Source: Eledone cirrhosa
Taxonomy: Eukaryota
Assembly (NCBI GenBank): GCA_964016885.1
Contig: OZ024740.1
Location: 249,178,001 to 249,242,000, forward strand
Direction: 5' to 3'
DNA length: 64,000 nt
Below are positions 14,165-31,929 of this stretch, in pieces; the first letter of the stretch is position 1; each line of letters opens with the position of its first letter. The position numbers and the translations under genes are program-made. The notes beneath the pieces are model-generated. The model searched no databases, was not told the origin of the DNA, and saw nothing but the letters and a program-made list of their open reading frames with translations.

Positions 14165-14431
14165 GTAAATTAAGGGTGGAAAACTGGGAGAGGGCACTTG
14201 CCCTGGTGGTCAGGGTCACTGTGGTCTTTTAATGGGCTTTCTCCACAAATGTCCCTCGGAAGTCTCCCCCCTATTGGGGAATTTTTCTTTGTTATTTTAT
14301 TTCATCCTCTGTTTTTTACACGCAGAAATGCCCATTTGTACCGTCCTGTATTGTCCTGTACTGTCCTTAATGTCTACTTTATGTAAACCCTTGTGGTTAA
14401 TAAAGAAAACATTATTATTATTATTATTATT

Positions 14432-14690
14432 ACAGTTGCATTTGTCTTGCTTTATGTTCATACGAGTTATCACCAAGTCACAACCAGTGACCTCAAGAGA
14501 CAACAAGCTCCGCCATGTTCAAGAAAAAATATACATATTCACACATGCATCTTTAGTGTTTAGACTTGTGATGTACTTATATTGACAGAATCTTCCTTAG
14601 TATATGGGCAGTTCCCATTAATACTATCTTTTGTATTTCTCCTATACGCGGGTTTCCTGGGATTTGCGATATGTAATCATTAGACCCCTT
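14432..14690 (-). mobile_element. Short 5'-truncated Dong copy
   Basis: Near-identical to 3279-3537; flanked by (ATT)n on both sides. Confidence 0.9.
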
Positions 14691-15879
14691 ATTATTATCA
14701 TCATTATTATTTGTTATTGCAGTTGTTGGTGGTATCATCGTCACCACCATCATTATCAATGGTGTCGTTATTATTTTTACTGCAAAATGTTAAGAGATCT
14801 TTTTCTGTAACCTCAATTAAAAACATTACAAGCTGGTGAGAGATACGAAATAATTATATAACACATGTGAATACATTTTATATGAGTGGATTTTTTTCTT
14901 TTTTCTTTTTTTTCTTCTTTTTACTATTTTTTTTGGAGGGATGGGGATAGTGCTCGTGGCCCTTTTCAGGGTAAGACTGATGGAGAAAGCTATCCTCAAA
15001 CAAAACCTGAGAACTGGCCTGAATACTTGCAACAGGGTAGACTGACTTGGCCCTCAAGTGCGAGATGGTGGCATTAGTTCATGCAACGAACTAAGACCAC
15101 CACCACGTAACAGTGGGATTTGAACTCAGAGCGCAACGATCCGGAAAACATACTGTAACATCTTATCGGACGCTCTAACAATTCCGCCAACTAGCTACCT
15201 TCAGATAGTACCTTATGAGAGTGAAACGCAGTGGCTATTATACCTTTTATGGCCCCCGAGACTAACGGTTAGGAAGAAGGAAGGTAGCCTTAAACTGGAG
15301 ACCTGACCTGAATGCTTGCAATAGTGTGGACTTCGTTGAAGATACACAAGGATGAAATGGCGGTATTAACTGAGAAGTGGATTGCGTCGGCAACTCAAGT
15401 GGGCCATGTTAAGATTTGAAATCAGAAAGAAGGGTAATAACAAATATCGCAAGGCATCTGACACACTCACAGTAAATTATCTGACACACTAACAGTAATT
15501 TATAATCAATTTTCGATTTTTGACTAGATTGACTTGACTTCCTCTACATACAGTATATGAAAACCATGTTTCTTTCTTCACTCAACGCTAATAGTTTGCA
15601 TCTAAATTGCTGGTGTTATTGATTTGTTTTGGATTGGATGAGGGGTTTGTTATTTGTTTGTTTGGTTGGTTTTTCGTTTTTGACTTTTTGGTTTTTTGGT
15701 TTTTTGGGGCTTTGTTTTGGAGCTCATGAATATTAAATGCATTCCGAGACGGATCTACTTTGAATTTTCTAAGAAAACACCCGGACAGACAGAATTACGA
15801 GATGAAAGTCAGCAGAGATATAGAAATGATGCGAGGCATGGGACTGTGTAAATGATGTGATGAAGAGATGAAACACTCT

Positions 15880-16190
15880 AGAGATGGTGAGACGCAGTGA
15901 TTGAGAAATGAGAGACTTTAGAGATGAGGAGACAGTGTAGGCGTTGTGAGATGAGAGACTTCAGAGATGAGGAGATAGTGTAGGGATTGTGAAATGATAT
16001 ACTTTAAAGATGAGGAGACTGAGCAGGGTTTGTGAGATGAGAACTTTTAGACAAGAAATGACGGTGTGGTGGGGAGATGAGAGACTTTAGACATGAGGTG
16101 ACGGTGTGGTGGGGGAGATGAGAGACTTTGGAGATGAAGAGACTGAGTAAGGACTGTGAGATGTTATGCTCAAGAGATGAAACACACAGC
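15880..16190. repeat. GA-rich minisatellite, unit about 41 bp
   Basis: Recurrent gtgagatgagagactttagagatgaggagac-like units. Confidence 0.6.
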
Positions 16191-16358
16191 CATGATGTTT
16201 CCGGGATTGTTATTTATTGTTTATTGTTATTGTTCTTGTCTTTGTTCGTGTTATTGCTGCTGAATATTTAATGTCACAGAATATACATAGATTTCACGAT
16301 CTAATTTACGTTGGGTTTATTGCATCGTTTCTCTTAGCAATAAATAGGATATGGCGAT

Positions 16359-16411
16359 AAAGAAGAAGAAGAAGAAGAAGAAGAAGAAGAAGAAGAAGAA
16401 GAAGAAGAAGA
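16359..16411. repeat. (AAG)n microsatellite
   Basis: Directly visible. Confidence 0.95.
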
Positions 16412-16789
16412 AAACGAAAAATAAAAATAAAAAGAAGAAAAACAACAACAACAACATCAAAAACAACAACATGTCATTGAAAACGAAACGTGTGAATGAT
16501 TCAACATCAGAGATAAGAACTAACGAATACTGACAGACTCCATAGAGCTGGAAATATTTGTGACGTATCTTAATGATTATGTCGCTGAATTTATGTTTCA
16601 ATGTATGGTAATAGCAGTATGTGCCTTGTGCTTATACATGTGTTGGGGGGGGGGGGGGGGGTATAGGCGTTAACATGTGTATACAGTAATTCTACAAAAA
16701 AAAAATAGAAAAAAGTCAGTACGTTAGATAATGTTCATATTTTCAATGTGAATCCGATATAACCAAGAAATTTTGAAAACTTCTTTTTT

Positions 16790-17900
16790 TTTTCTTCGCC
16801 CACTTATTCCTGAGAGGTTCGTAGCGGCAGAGTCCTCAAACACTCCCTCCAACGGGTCCTGTCAGAAGCAACCGTCTCCAACCGATCCTGCTGGATCCTC
16901 AAGCGGGACTAACCAAGCTCAAGGATGTCATCCAACCATCTTGCTCTGAGTCTACCACCTGTTTATTTTGCCCGCAAAATCTGTTCAGCGATTCTTTATT
17001 GAGACATTTCAACCACATGCCCATAGTATCGGAGCTGTGATCTCTCAATTCGGAGAAGTAGTGACTTTACCTGTAGTGACTCTCTGACCACCGAGCTATG
17101 TACTCTATCAAGTAACGTCACTCCAAAGACCCTTCGGAGGAACTCCATTTCGATCGCTTGTATTCCTGATCGTATTCTTTCGGTCATTGCCCAAGATTCA
17201 TGACCATAGGTAAGAGTTGACACGAAAACCGAATTGAAGATAGTGAGTTTGGCTTTTAAACCTACCTCCATTCTTCTGATTACTGAATGCTGAAGCTGGC
17301 GCATTATTTTATCAAAGGGCGGTGGATTGGCAGTATCGGTAGAGGGTCGGACGCCATGCTTTCCAGCATAGTTACGTCCCTTTACCATCTGAGTTCAAAT
17401 CCCGCCGAGGTTGACTTTGCCTTTCATCCTTACGGGGTCGATAAAATAAAGTACCAGTAATGCACTGGTAATTGCTGGCCTTGTGCCTAAAGTAGAAACA
17501 ATTATTTTATCAACTCCTGCAATTCTTGCACATAATTCATCCTCCTGTTATCCATCACTCGTGATCACGGCCTGAGATTCTTGAACTTCTCCACTTGCTT
17601 CAGTAAAACTCCACTCACATTTAGACTGCAGTGAGCAGGCTTCCTTGAGAGGACGAGTGTCTCGGTTTTCGCTGCACTGATTTTTATTCCAGCCATGCAG
17701 CACACGACATCAAACCTATCAATTGCAAGTCGGAGATCATCTTCTGTGGAGTTCAGTAACACCATATCTGCAAAGACTGATTTTGCACCCGCCAGCTCCG
17801 CATGTCAAACCTGTTCATGTAAGTAATGTGCAGCAGAGGTGACACTACGCACCCTTGGCGGAGTCTGACTTTCGATTTAGCACCATTTATCCGAACACAA
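16790..17900 (-). mobile_element. RTE-clade LINE 3' fragment interrupted by a SINE
   Basis: Minus-strand peptides QGCVVSPLL, GIKISAAKTE..LKQVEKFK and LTYGHESW..IERSQLRYYGHV; A-rich tail near 16790. Confidence 0.8.
17316..17500 (+). mobile_element. tRNA-derived SINE (family A) with 13-bp TSD
   Basis: A-box-like tggcagtatcgg, B-box gagttcaaatccc, central gcctttcatccttacggggtcgataaaat. TSD attattttatcaa at 17303-17315 and 17501-17513. Confidence 0.9.
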
Positions 17901-18120
17901 AAAAGTTTATGAAAATCTGAAAACGGAGAAAGAAAGCTTTGCTAGACATCAATTTTTTGTACGTGTTATGAAGATCATTTTTTATATATACCAGGTGCGC
18001 TTTTCGAACGCCCTTTTTTATTATCATTTTCCTAAACTCCGCCAGTTGCAGACTGCGCATCAACGTGAGATATTTTTCTCCGAAAAGTTTGATCATAAAC
18101 AGCAGAGTTATATATATATA

Positions 18121-18183
<63 letters not shown>

Positions 18184-18199
18184 TAAAATAACAGATTAA

Positions 18200-18250
18200 A
18201 GTTTAATCAAAGAATCGCTGCTTTCATCCTTAACGGGATCTTCTGAAACT
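18200..18250 (-). ncRNA. Type I hammerhead-like motif with variant core CAGAAGA, in a PLE pLTR
   Basis: Minus strand: agttt CAGAAGA tccc gttaa ggat GAAA gcag cgattct ttga TT aaact. Confidence 0.5.
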
Positions 18251-18997
18251 AAAAAGAAAAAAAATCTATCTGTGAACACAGAAATAAATATTTCGTAAAA
18301 CGTTGCACCCGAAGGAAAACAGGAACACGATACTTTGGTTCGTGAAGACGTTTCCTGGCAATGAACAGAACAAAGCGAACATAATATGTCGTTATGTGGA
18401 GCGGCGAGAACAAATACATGCAAAGACAAATCCACGTTTATGGTATAAATGGAGTCATTAGACTCATATTCTATTTAGGAAACCGAATGATTCTCGGCTT
18501 CAGAGTTAAGAATACACACATCTATATACGTACATACACGTGCATACGCAAAAACACCCGCCATGCATATACATGCAAGTACACGTAAAGTCGCGCACAC
18601 TACGTAAACCGGCGCGACACATATACCCGAACACATACGAACGTATACACCAAATACACATATAAATATGTGCGTGTGCGTGTGTGTATACATATAATTA
18701 TATATACATATATAAATATGCACGCATAAATGCGTATATAACACACACACATACCTACAGGTAAATACACATATATTTACCAAAGGTACATATACCAGAA
18801 CCCTATGTACACACATACACCATACATACGTGCAAACACGCTTATACACGCATACATACCCATATATACACATATACATACATATATGTGTGTTTAAACA
18901 TTTTGTTTTTAAATACCGACATACATATACATATATACATATACACTCACCTGCATATACAAACATACGGCAAATCATACACATAACCAACGGTAAT

Positions 18998-19058
<61 letters not shown>

Positions 19059-19309
19059 TATACATACACATATACACACATATACAATATACATATATAA
19101 ATATGCATATATACATACATACGTACACGCATACATATACGTAAACACCCACATATATATAAATATCTATATAAAAACAGATACGCAAATAAACAAATAT
19201 AATACACGTACATACACATACACATACTTGCATACCCATACATCCACACACACACACACACGCACACACACATACACACTCACACACACACATATATATA
19301 TTCCTTCTT

Positions 19310-20020
19310 AAAGGGTTAAGAAAAGAATGGGTGTGCATGTAAAGACGCTGCTTGAATCTATTGGCGGTAAACTCTATGTAGACCCTACTGGACGTGGATG
19401 TATCGACCTTACATTTGTAGACAATGTTACTGGAGAGGCATTTCCCGGATAGAGGGCAGGCAATCCGATTGCTACAATTACAGTTAGTACTAACTACAGG
19501 GTTGCACGTGTTCCTACGGCTAGGTAATTAAGCTAAATTTGAAGCAGTGATGTTATGTGCAAAGTTAGGAGTTGTGGAGTAAGATATTTTAACGGTATTT
19601 CTATTAAAAATGTTATCATATTTATGTGCTGAGGGGAAATGCTTCTTAATAAGGGAGAGAAAGATTTTAGCTAATGGTGTGGCCACCTACATATTATATG
19701 TTGGGTTATACCATGTAATGCGTCGGGATCTATTTTTCCTAGGTTTGTGCTCATACTTAGTATATGCTACCTTATCGACAAATCCACTCCGAGCAAGAGC
19801 TTCATTGTCATATGTGGAATAGTCGGTGAAAATATGCTCGTTTGTAGATAGAGGAGAAAGCCTCAAAGAAACGTGTCTTACCGGGTTCTTCTTTATGCTG
19901 GCAGGATAGTTAGCATGCTTACTGATGTAATTAAGCGTGTCATTCGGCTTCTATACGTGTAGTGCAAGCCATTCGACAAATTGAGGGTAACGTCGAGGTA
20001 GTTTACGGCCGAGTGCTTTC
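19310..20020 (-). mobile_element. Naiad-type Penelope-like element fragment (RT thumb to GIY-YIG), flanked by inverted pLTRs at 18181-18510 and 20325-20650
   Basis: Manual translation gives VNYLDVTLNL, NEALARSGF, IFNRNTVKISYSTT and CNCSNRIACPLSGKC..VYKC, paralleling ORF 29981-31738. Confidence 0.75.
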
Positions 20021-20078
20021 GCGTATGCACGTGTATGTACGTATGTAGATGTGTGTATGTATATATTTAATTATTATT

Positions 20079-20270
20079 GGTGGATTGGCAGTATCGGTAG
20101 AGAGTCGGACACCATGCTTTGAAGCATAGAGTTACGTCCCTTTATGATCTAAGTTCATATCACGCCGAGGTTACCTTTGCCTTTCATCATTACGGGGTCG
20201 ATAAAATAAAGTATCAGTAATGTACTGGGTAATTGCTGGCCTTGTGCCTATAATAGAAACAATTATTACT
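20079..20270 (+). mobile_element. SINE family A
   Basis: Homologous to 17316-17500; preceded by ttattatt. Confidence 0.85.
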
Positions 20271-20579
20271 TTTATGATTTTAATAACCTCTGTCATTTTC
20301 GTTCAACTAATTTATTTACAATATTCTTAACTCCTAAACCGAGAATCATTCGGTTTCCTAAATAGAATATTAGTCTAATGACTCCATTTATACCATAAAC
20401 ATGGTTTTGTCTTTGCGGGTAATTGTTCTCTTCGTTCCACATAATGACGTATTATCTTCGCCTTTTTCCGTTCATTGCCAGGGAATGTCTTCACGAACCA
20501 AAGTATCGTCTTCCTGTTTTCCTTCGGTTGCAACGTTTTCCGAAATATTTATTTATGCGTTCACTGATTGAATTTTTTT

Positions 20580-20630
20580 AGCTTCAGAAGATCCCATTAA
20601 GGGTGAAAGCAGCAATTCTTTGCTTAAACA
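20580..20630 (+). ncRNA. Hammerhead-like motif, CAGAAGA core (inverted pLTR copy)
   Basis: agctt CAGAAGA tccc attaa gggt GAAA gcag caattct ttgc TT aaac. Confidence 0.5.
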
Positions 20631-20777
20631 TTAATCTGTTATTTTAATAAATACTTGCTCTAGTGTTCTTATTTATTTGATATATATTTATCCCTATATC
20701 CTCTTCGGATTTTATTATTCACATTTAATATTGTTACTATATATATTCACACATATATATATATATAAATTCATATA

Positions 20778-20811
<34 letters not shown>

Positions 20812-20840
20812 ATAAATGTAATCTGAGATTTTCGAATATT

Positions 20841-21223
20841 AATAATTGTTTATACTTTTGGCACAAGGCGAGCAATTACCACTGTATTACTGGTACTTTA
20901 TTTTATCGACCCGGTAAGGATGAAAGGCAAGGTTAACCTCGACGGGATTTGAACTCAGACCGTAAAGGGACGTAACTATGCTGGAAAGCATGGCGTCCGA
21001 CCCTCTACCGATACTGCCAATTCACCGCCCTTTTCGAATATTAATAATTGTTTCTACTTTAGGCACAAGACCAGCAATTACCCAGTGCATTACTGGTACT
21101 TTATTTTATCAACCCCGTAAGGATGAAAGGCAAAGTCAACCTCGGCGGGATTTGAACTCAGATCGTAAAGGGACGTAACTATGCTGGAAAGCATGGCGTC
21201 CGACCCTCTACCGATACTGCCAA
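20841..21223 (-). mobile_element. Two tandem SINE family A copies
   Basis: Copies at 20841-21030 and 21043-21223; ttttcgaatatt is duplicated at 20829 and 21031. Confidence 0.85.
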
Positions 21224-21326
21224 ATAACATTCGATTCGTTTGCAATTATGCAAACAAGCCTCAATTTTATAGCCATGTCAGTAGAATGAACCCTTCATTC
21301 TTGCTTTTGTGTATGCATAATTGGAA

Positions 21327-21520
21327 CGGTGGATTGGCAGTATCGGTAGAGGGTCGGACGCCATACTTTGCAGCAAAGAGTTATGGCCCTTTATGGTCTA
21401 AGTTCATATTGTGCTGAGGTTAACTTTGCCTTTCATCCTCTACGGGGTCGATAAAATAAAGTACCAGTAATACACTGGGATAATTGCTGGCCTTTTGGCA
21501 AAAGTAGAAACAATTATTAA
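21327..21520 (+). mobile_element. SINE family A, inverted relative to 20841-21030 and sharing its tail flank
   Basis: Flank tattcgaaaa..agattacatttatt mirrors 20811-20840. Confidence 0.8.
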
Positions 21521-21611
21521 TATTCGAAAAACTTAGATTACATTTATTGTATTCAGCCATGTAGAGCGAAAATGTTCTTCTTTTTCTTCTTTTGTTTCAT
21601 CTTTTATCCTC

Positions 21612-21677
<66 letters not shown>

Positions 21678-21702
21678 TATATATATTCATATATATATAT
21701 AC

Positions 21703-21737
<35 letters not shown>

Positions 21738-21739
<2 letters not shown>

Positions 21740-22090
21740 AACGAGTAGGACCCCGACGGCTGAGCTCAAGCCGTCTCGACGGCTAATTCTGGAATAGGAT
21801 TCTGGACTTAGGATTCTGCTGTAGTCGTCACTTTCAACGCACGACTGGGTTTCCTCCACTCCCTCTCCCTCTTTCTTCTACTGGCAAGTTCAGCTACCCC
21901 TTCCTTCCACAAAATGCCATGATAGAATTATGTGTCTCATCAACAATCTTTTGACCAATCCTTGTGACAATCACTTTTACCATATATGGAATATTACCCC
22001 CTATTCATTTACCAGGATAAACATTTTCATTTAGTCCAGAATTAGCCGTCGAAACGGCTTGAGCTCAGCCGTCGGGGTCCTACTCGTTCC
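21738..22090. mobile_element. MITE with 56-bp TIRs and TA target duplication
   Basis: 21738-21793 is the reverse complement of 22035-22090 with 1 mismatch; TA on both sides. Confidence 0.75.
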
Positions 22091-22239
22091 TATTACCCAC
22101 TCTACTACCCTAAGTATTGAGTACTTTGGTGCGTTATGGTCCATCTGGTTCCGTACCACATTTCCTTCGTTATATATATATATATATATATATATATTCA
22201 TATAATATTAATAAAATGTGGAGAAGGGGCAAACAAACA

Positions 22240-22840
22240 AACAAACCGAACATTATAAGTGTTCGGTAAACCCATACGTACATATATATATGTGTGCATC
22301 TACGTCTGTATACATATATGTATGTACGTATACATACATACTTACATTTAAGTACCAGCCGTACTAAGAGTGAGAAATGAAATTTCGTTTCATTCTTTTT
22401 CCATTCATCGTTTTAGGTGCGCCCGGCCGACTAACTCATTCGATATGCAAATTAGGCTTCTCAGCCGTTAATATGCATAAGGAAAGTATATACTTTCAGA
22501 CTTTCAACCATCTGACAGAAAGGTATACGATGCTGACGATAGCTAATAAACTTGAAACTAGTACATCGTTCCTGTGTCAGTGTTGAACAAAAAGGTGACG
22601 ATGGTTGCCTGAACACTGTACGGCGTAATTCGGGCTCTTTGTTTACAAACAAACCGAACATTATAATAAGTGTTCGGTAAACCCATACGTACATATATAT
22701 ATATGTGTGCATGTATGTATATATATATACATACTACTGTACGTCTGTATACATATATGTATGTACGTATACATACATACTTACATTTAAGTACCAGCCG
22801 GACTAAGAGTGAGAACTGAAATTTCGTTTCATTCTTTTCC
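22240..22840 (+). repeat. Hammerhead-bearing pLTR/retrozyme-like unit (about 430 bp, partial tandem)
   Basis: 22245-22400 recurs at 22653-22840; homologous copy at 33896-34460 on the minus strand. Confidence 0.7.
22527..22569 (+). ncRNA. Minimal type I hammerhead ribozyme
   Basis: acgatg CTGACGA tagc taataa actt GAAA ctag TA catcgt: 6-bp stem I, palindromic stem III ACTAGT, GUA site. Confidence 0.75.
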
Positions 22841-22860
22841 ATATATATATATATATATAT

Positions 22861-23231
22861 ACAATATTAAATAAATGGAAACTATATTTATAAAACCATA
22901 TTTATTTCATTATATATATTTCGGGGATATCATATTAACAATATGCTATGCCTTCCTCAGACAAAATACAATATAAACAGTTTTATAGATAAATAGATTC
23001 GACATACCGTAACAACACCGACTTGCATTTGAAGAGGTTGAGCTGGCAGCTCAACCTCTTCAAATGCAAGTCGGTGTTGTTACGGTATGTCGAATCTATT
23101 TATCTATAAAACTGTTTATATTGTATTTTGTCTGAGGAAGGCATAGCATATTGTTAATATGATATCCCCGAAATATATATAATGAAATAAATATGGTTTT
23201 ATAAATATAGTTTCCTTTTATTTAATATTGT
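22861..23231. repeat. Near-perfect 371-bp palindrome of a Naiad-family pLTR, centre 23046, hammerhead in each arm (22903-22968 minus, 23124-23189 plus)
   Basis: gagctg-g-cagctc at the centre. Plus arm: ttg t CTGAGGA ... catatt gtt aatatg ... GAAA tata TA taat. Tail shared with 31875-31915. Confidence 0.8.
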
Positions 23232-23361
23232 AAATATACTCCAAATATTTGTCGAGTGCTTTTATATCAGTTATAAATATTTACTAGTTGTAACCTAACA
23301 ATTTTAAATATAACTTTCCATGTATATATATATATATATATTTATTAAAATAACAGATTAA

Positions 23362-23412
23362 AGTTTAAGCAAAGAATCGCTGCTTTCACCCTTAACGGGA
23401 TCTTCTGAAACT
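23362..23412 (-). ncRNA. Hammerhead-like motif, CAGAAGA core (third copy)
   Basis: agttt CAGAAGA tccc gttaa gggt GAAA gcag cgattct ttgc TT aaact. Confidence 0.55.
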
Positions 23413-23650
23413 AACAAAGTCAATCTGTAAACGCAGAACTGGATATTTCAAAAAACGTTGCAACCGGAGGAAGACAGGAAGACGATACTTTGGTTCGTGG
23501 TAACGTTCCCTGGCAAAGAACGGGAAAAAACGAATATAATACGTCATTAATAGGAGCGGTGAAAAACAATTACGCGCAAAGACAAAGCCACGTTTATGGT
23601 ATAAAAGAGGTCGTAGACTAATGTTCTCTTAGGTGGTGCATAGAGACGGA

Positions 23651-29257
<5,607 letters not shown>

Positions 29258-29507
29258 ATAATAACACATTTGAAGACTAAAATCCAAAGAGGGCTAGATA
29301 AGGATAAATATATATCAGATATATAAGAACCGTAGAGCAAATAACAGATTATAGTTTAAGCAAAGAATCGCTGCTTTCACCCTTAAATTTTAATATTTAT
29401 ATATATATATATATTCATATATATATATTTCTGAGTTCAGGATAATAAAGGCCTGAGTTCATATTCGAAGTTGGAATTATCTGTTTTTTCATCTGATTTT
29501 CTATCGA

Positions 29508-31915
29508 ATGGAATTCTTTAGGATCTCTTCTTCTCTAAAAGACATACATCTACCTAAGAATAAGGACTATCTCAAACAACTCATTGAGAAATCTGACTCC
29601 TTTATAAGAAGACTTAGATAGCGTGCCTTCCATTTCGATAGAAAATCAGATGAAAAAACATAATTCCAACTTCGATATGATCTTCAAATTCAAGAAAAAT
29701 CCACCTAACAACAAACTATTAATGGAATTTGAAAATGAAATAATATCAATTATACAAAACATCAAATTCAAGAAAAACCATTTCGCAGGCCAGGAATATC
29801 TTAAAGGCCTTAAGAATAATATAGAAAATCTTGAAAAAACTAATATCCTCGTTAAATCCTCGTAAAATATCCTCGTAAAATCTGACAAAACTAACAATCT
29901 ATACGGAATGCAAAAGGACGAATATAGTAACCTTATATTGAAAGAACTAAGGAAAAACAACAACCAATGAAGACCTCGAAATGCTAAATAGAAAAGATTC
30001 TGAAATAATTCATAAATTAGGCATCGAAAATAGGACCGAACATAGAAAACCAAAAATTAACCTGAAAGACCACAAAAGAAATTTTGAAATAGAACTACCA
30101 GTTAGACTTATAGCACCATCTAAATCAGACTTAGGCATAGTTAGTAAACATATATTAGATAGAATCATACCGCAACTTAAAGAAATATCTTACTTAAAAC
30201 TATGGAAAGGTACTAACGAAGTTATAGATTGGTTCAATAACATAAAATTTAAACATAACAAAAAATTCATTCACTTGGATATTGCAAATTACTACTCATC
30301 TATCACTCCTAATTTACTTAATAAAGCCCTTATCTATGCATCCAAATATACTGATTTATCTAGTGAAGAAATGCATATGATTTTAACTGCACGAAAAACC
30401 TTAATTAAATTTAACAACCATCTCTGGACTAGAGCGGATAGAATAAATAATTTCGACATCACCATAGGGTCATCGGGCTCGGCGCAGATAACGCATCTTG
30501 TGGGGCTATTTATTAATAATATACTACATAGAAAACTACCGGAGATGACCGGTGGTTTATATCGTGATGATATGCTGCTGTTAAATGAAAATAATAGTAA
30601 TTGTGAAATAAATAGAAAAAGAAAATCAAAAATACAATTTTTTAATAGCTACAATCTTAAGTTAGAAATAGAGAATAACTACAAAATTGTTAACTTTTTA
30701 GATGTAACATTAAACCTTAATACAGGGCTCTACTATCCATTTCATAAAATTAATGAGAACTTAAACTATATAAGCTTCAACTCTAATCATCCTAGATCTA
30801 TTAAAAACACTATTGTAAATTCTGTACAACAACGTATTTCTCGAATCTCTGCGAATAAAAACATATTTGACGATACGGCAGAATATAATAATGAAGCTTT
30901 AAGTAGAGCAAGCTATATAAATAAAATTAAATACATCGAAAACAATGATAAGATAAATAACCATAATATTAATTATAATTATAATAAGAAACCTAACATA
31001 AACTCTAATACTAATAGAAGGAATAGAACTAGAAATATAATTTGGTATGCACCTCCATTCTCACTAAGTATTAAAACACCTTTAGCTAAACTATTTTTTA
31101 AAGCTCTAGATAAATGTTTTCCCAAAACCCATAGATACCATTCAATCTTTAACAGACATACAATAAAACTATCTTACTCTACTACTATGAACTTAGCACA
31201 AAATATAAATAGAATCAATAATAGAAATCTAAACCATAACCAAAATAGCACTAATACCTCTAGCAATATCCAACTTAATAATACCGTTCCGAATAACATC
31301 AACTCTGCTAAATGTAACTGTAGAATTAAATCAAACTGTCCTTTAAAAAATAAATGCTTAGATAAAGATGTCGTCTATAAATGCTCTGTCAAAACTAATG
31401 ACCATATATTTAACTATATAGGTTCTACTTCTACAGACTTCAAATCTCGTTTCAATAATGACAAATGCTCGTTTAATAATATTGGTAAAAAATCTTCAAC
31501 TTCTCTATCAAACCTGATATGGAACTTAAAATCTAAAAGTACAGACTATTATTTATCTTGGGATGTAATTTCAAAAGCACCTGCCTATAGAAACACAGCT
31601 TTATCTAGATTTTGCAAATTGTGTGTTGATGAAATTTTCTTTATACTCCCCCAGCGTAATTTAAATAAACGGTTGTTTTTTCAATTTTGCATACATTCAT
31701 TTGCATACTCACACATAACTTTGAATTACCCCAAATAAGTTTCCACTATCTAGCGAATTTCGGACCGTTAAGGTGTGATTTCCATGGGTATGTCATTATT
31801 TATAAAAAAAATGTTGTATTTTATCTGATGAAAGCGCACCAAGTTTGGCTTGGTCGCCCTTGAAATATATATAATAAAATAAATATGGTTTTATAAATAT
31901 AGTTTCCATTTATTA
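29508..31915 (+). mobile_element. Naiad-type Penelope-like element (RT plus GIY-YIG), disrupted N-terminus, 3' pLTR with hammerhead
   Basis: N-terminus SLKDIHLP..YLKQLIEK..FIRRLR*RAF. ORF 29981-31738 has LKDHK, VRLIAPSKSDLG, DIANYYSSI, GLYRDD, CNC..CPL..C and VVYKC..YIGST..FKSRF. Confidence 0.88.
31817..31881 (+). ncRNA. Type I hammerhead in Naiad pLTR
   Basis: tta t CTGATGA aag..accaag tttgg cttggt..ctt GAAA tata TA taa. Confidence 0.7.
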
Positions 31916-31929
31916 TTATCTTGGTATAT

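Larger units (their letters stand above)
8530..14410 (+). mobile_element. Essentially full-length Tx1/L1-clade LINE
   Basis: 5' UTR, ORF1 with CCHC knuckle, ORF2 APE-RT-zinc finger, 3' UTR with AATAAA and (ATT)7 at 14411-14431. Confidence 0.93.

Noticed and set aside
17316-17410. tRNA genes at SINE heads (also 55102-55170)
   Set aside because: A and B boxes present but no cloverleaf; they continue into SINE bodies.
29508-31915. Selenoprotein-type Naiad (UGA recoding with SECIS)
   Set aside because: The conserved Cys codons checked are TGT/TGC, the clear N-terminal stop is TAG at a Trp position, and no SECIS was recognised.
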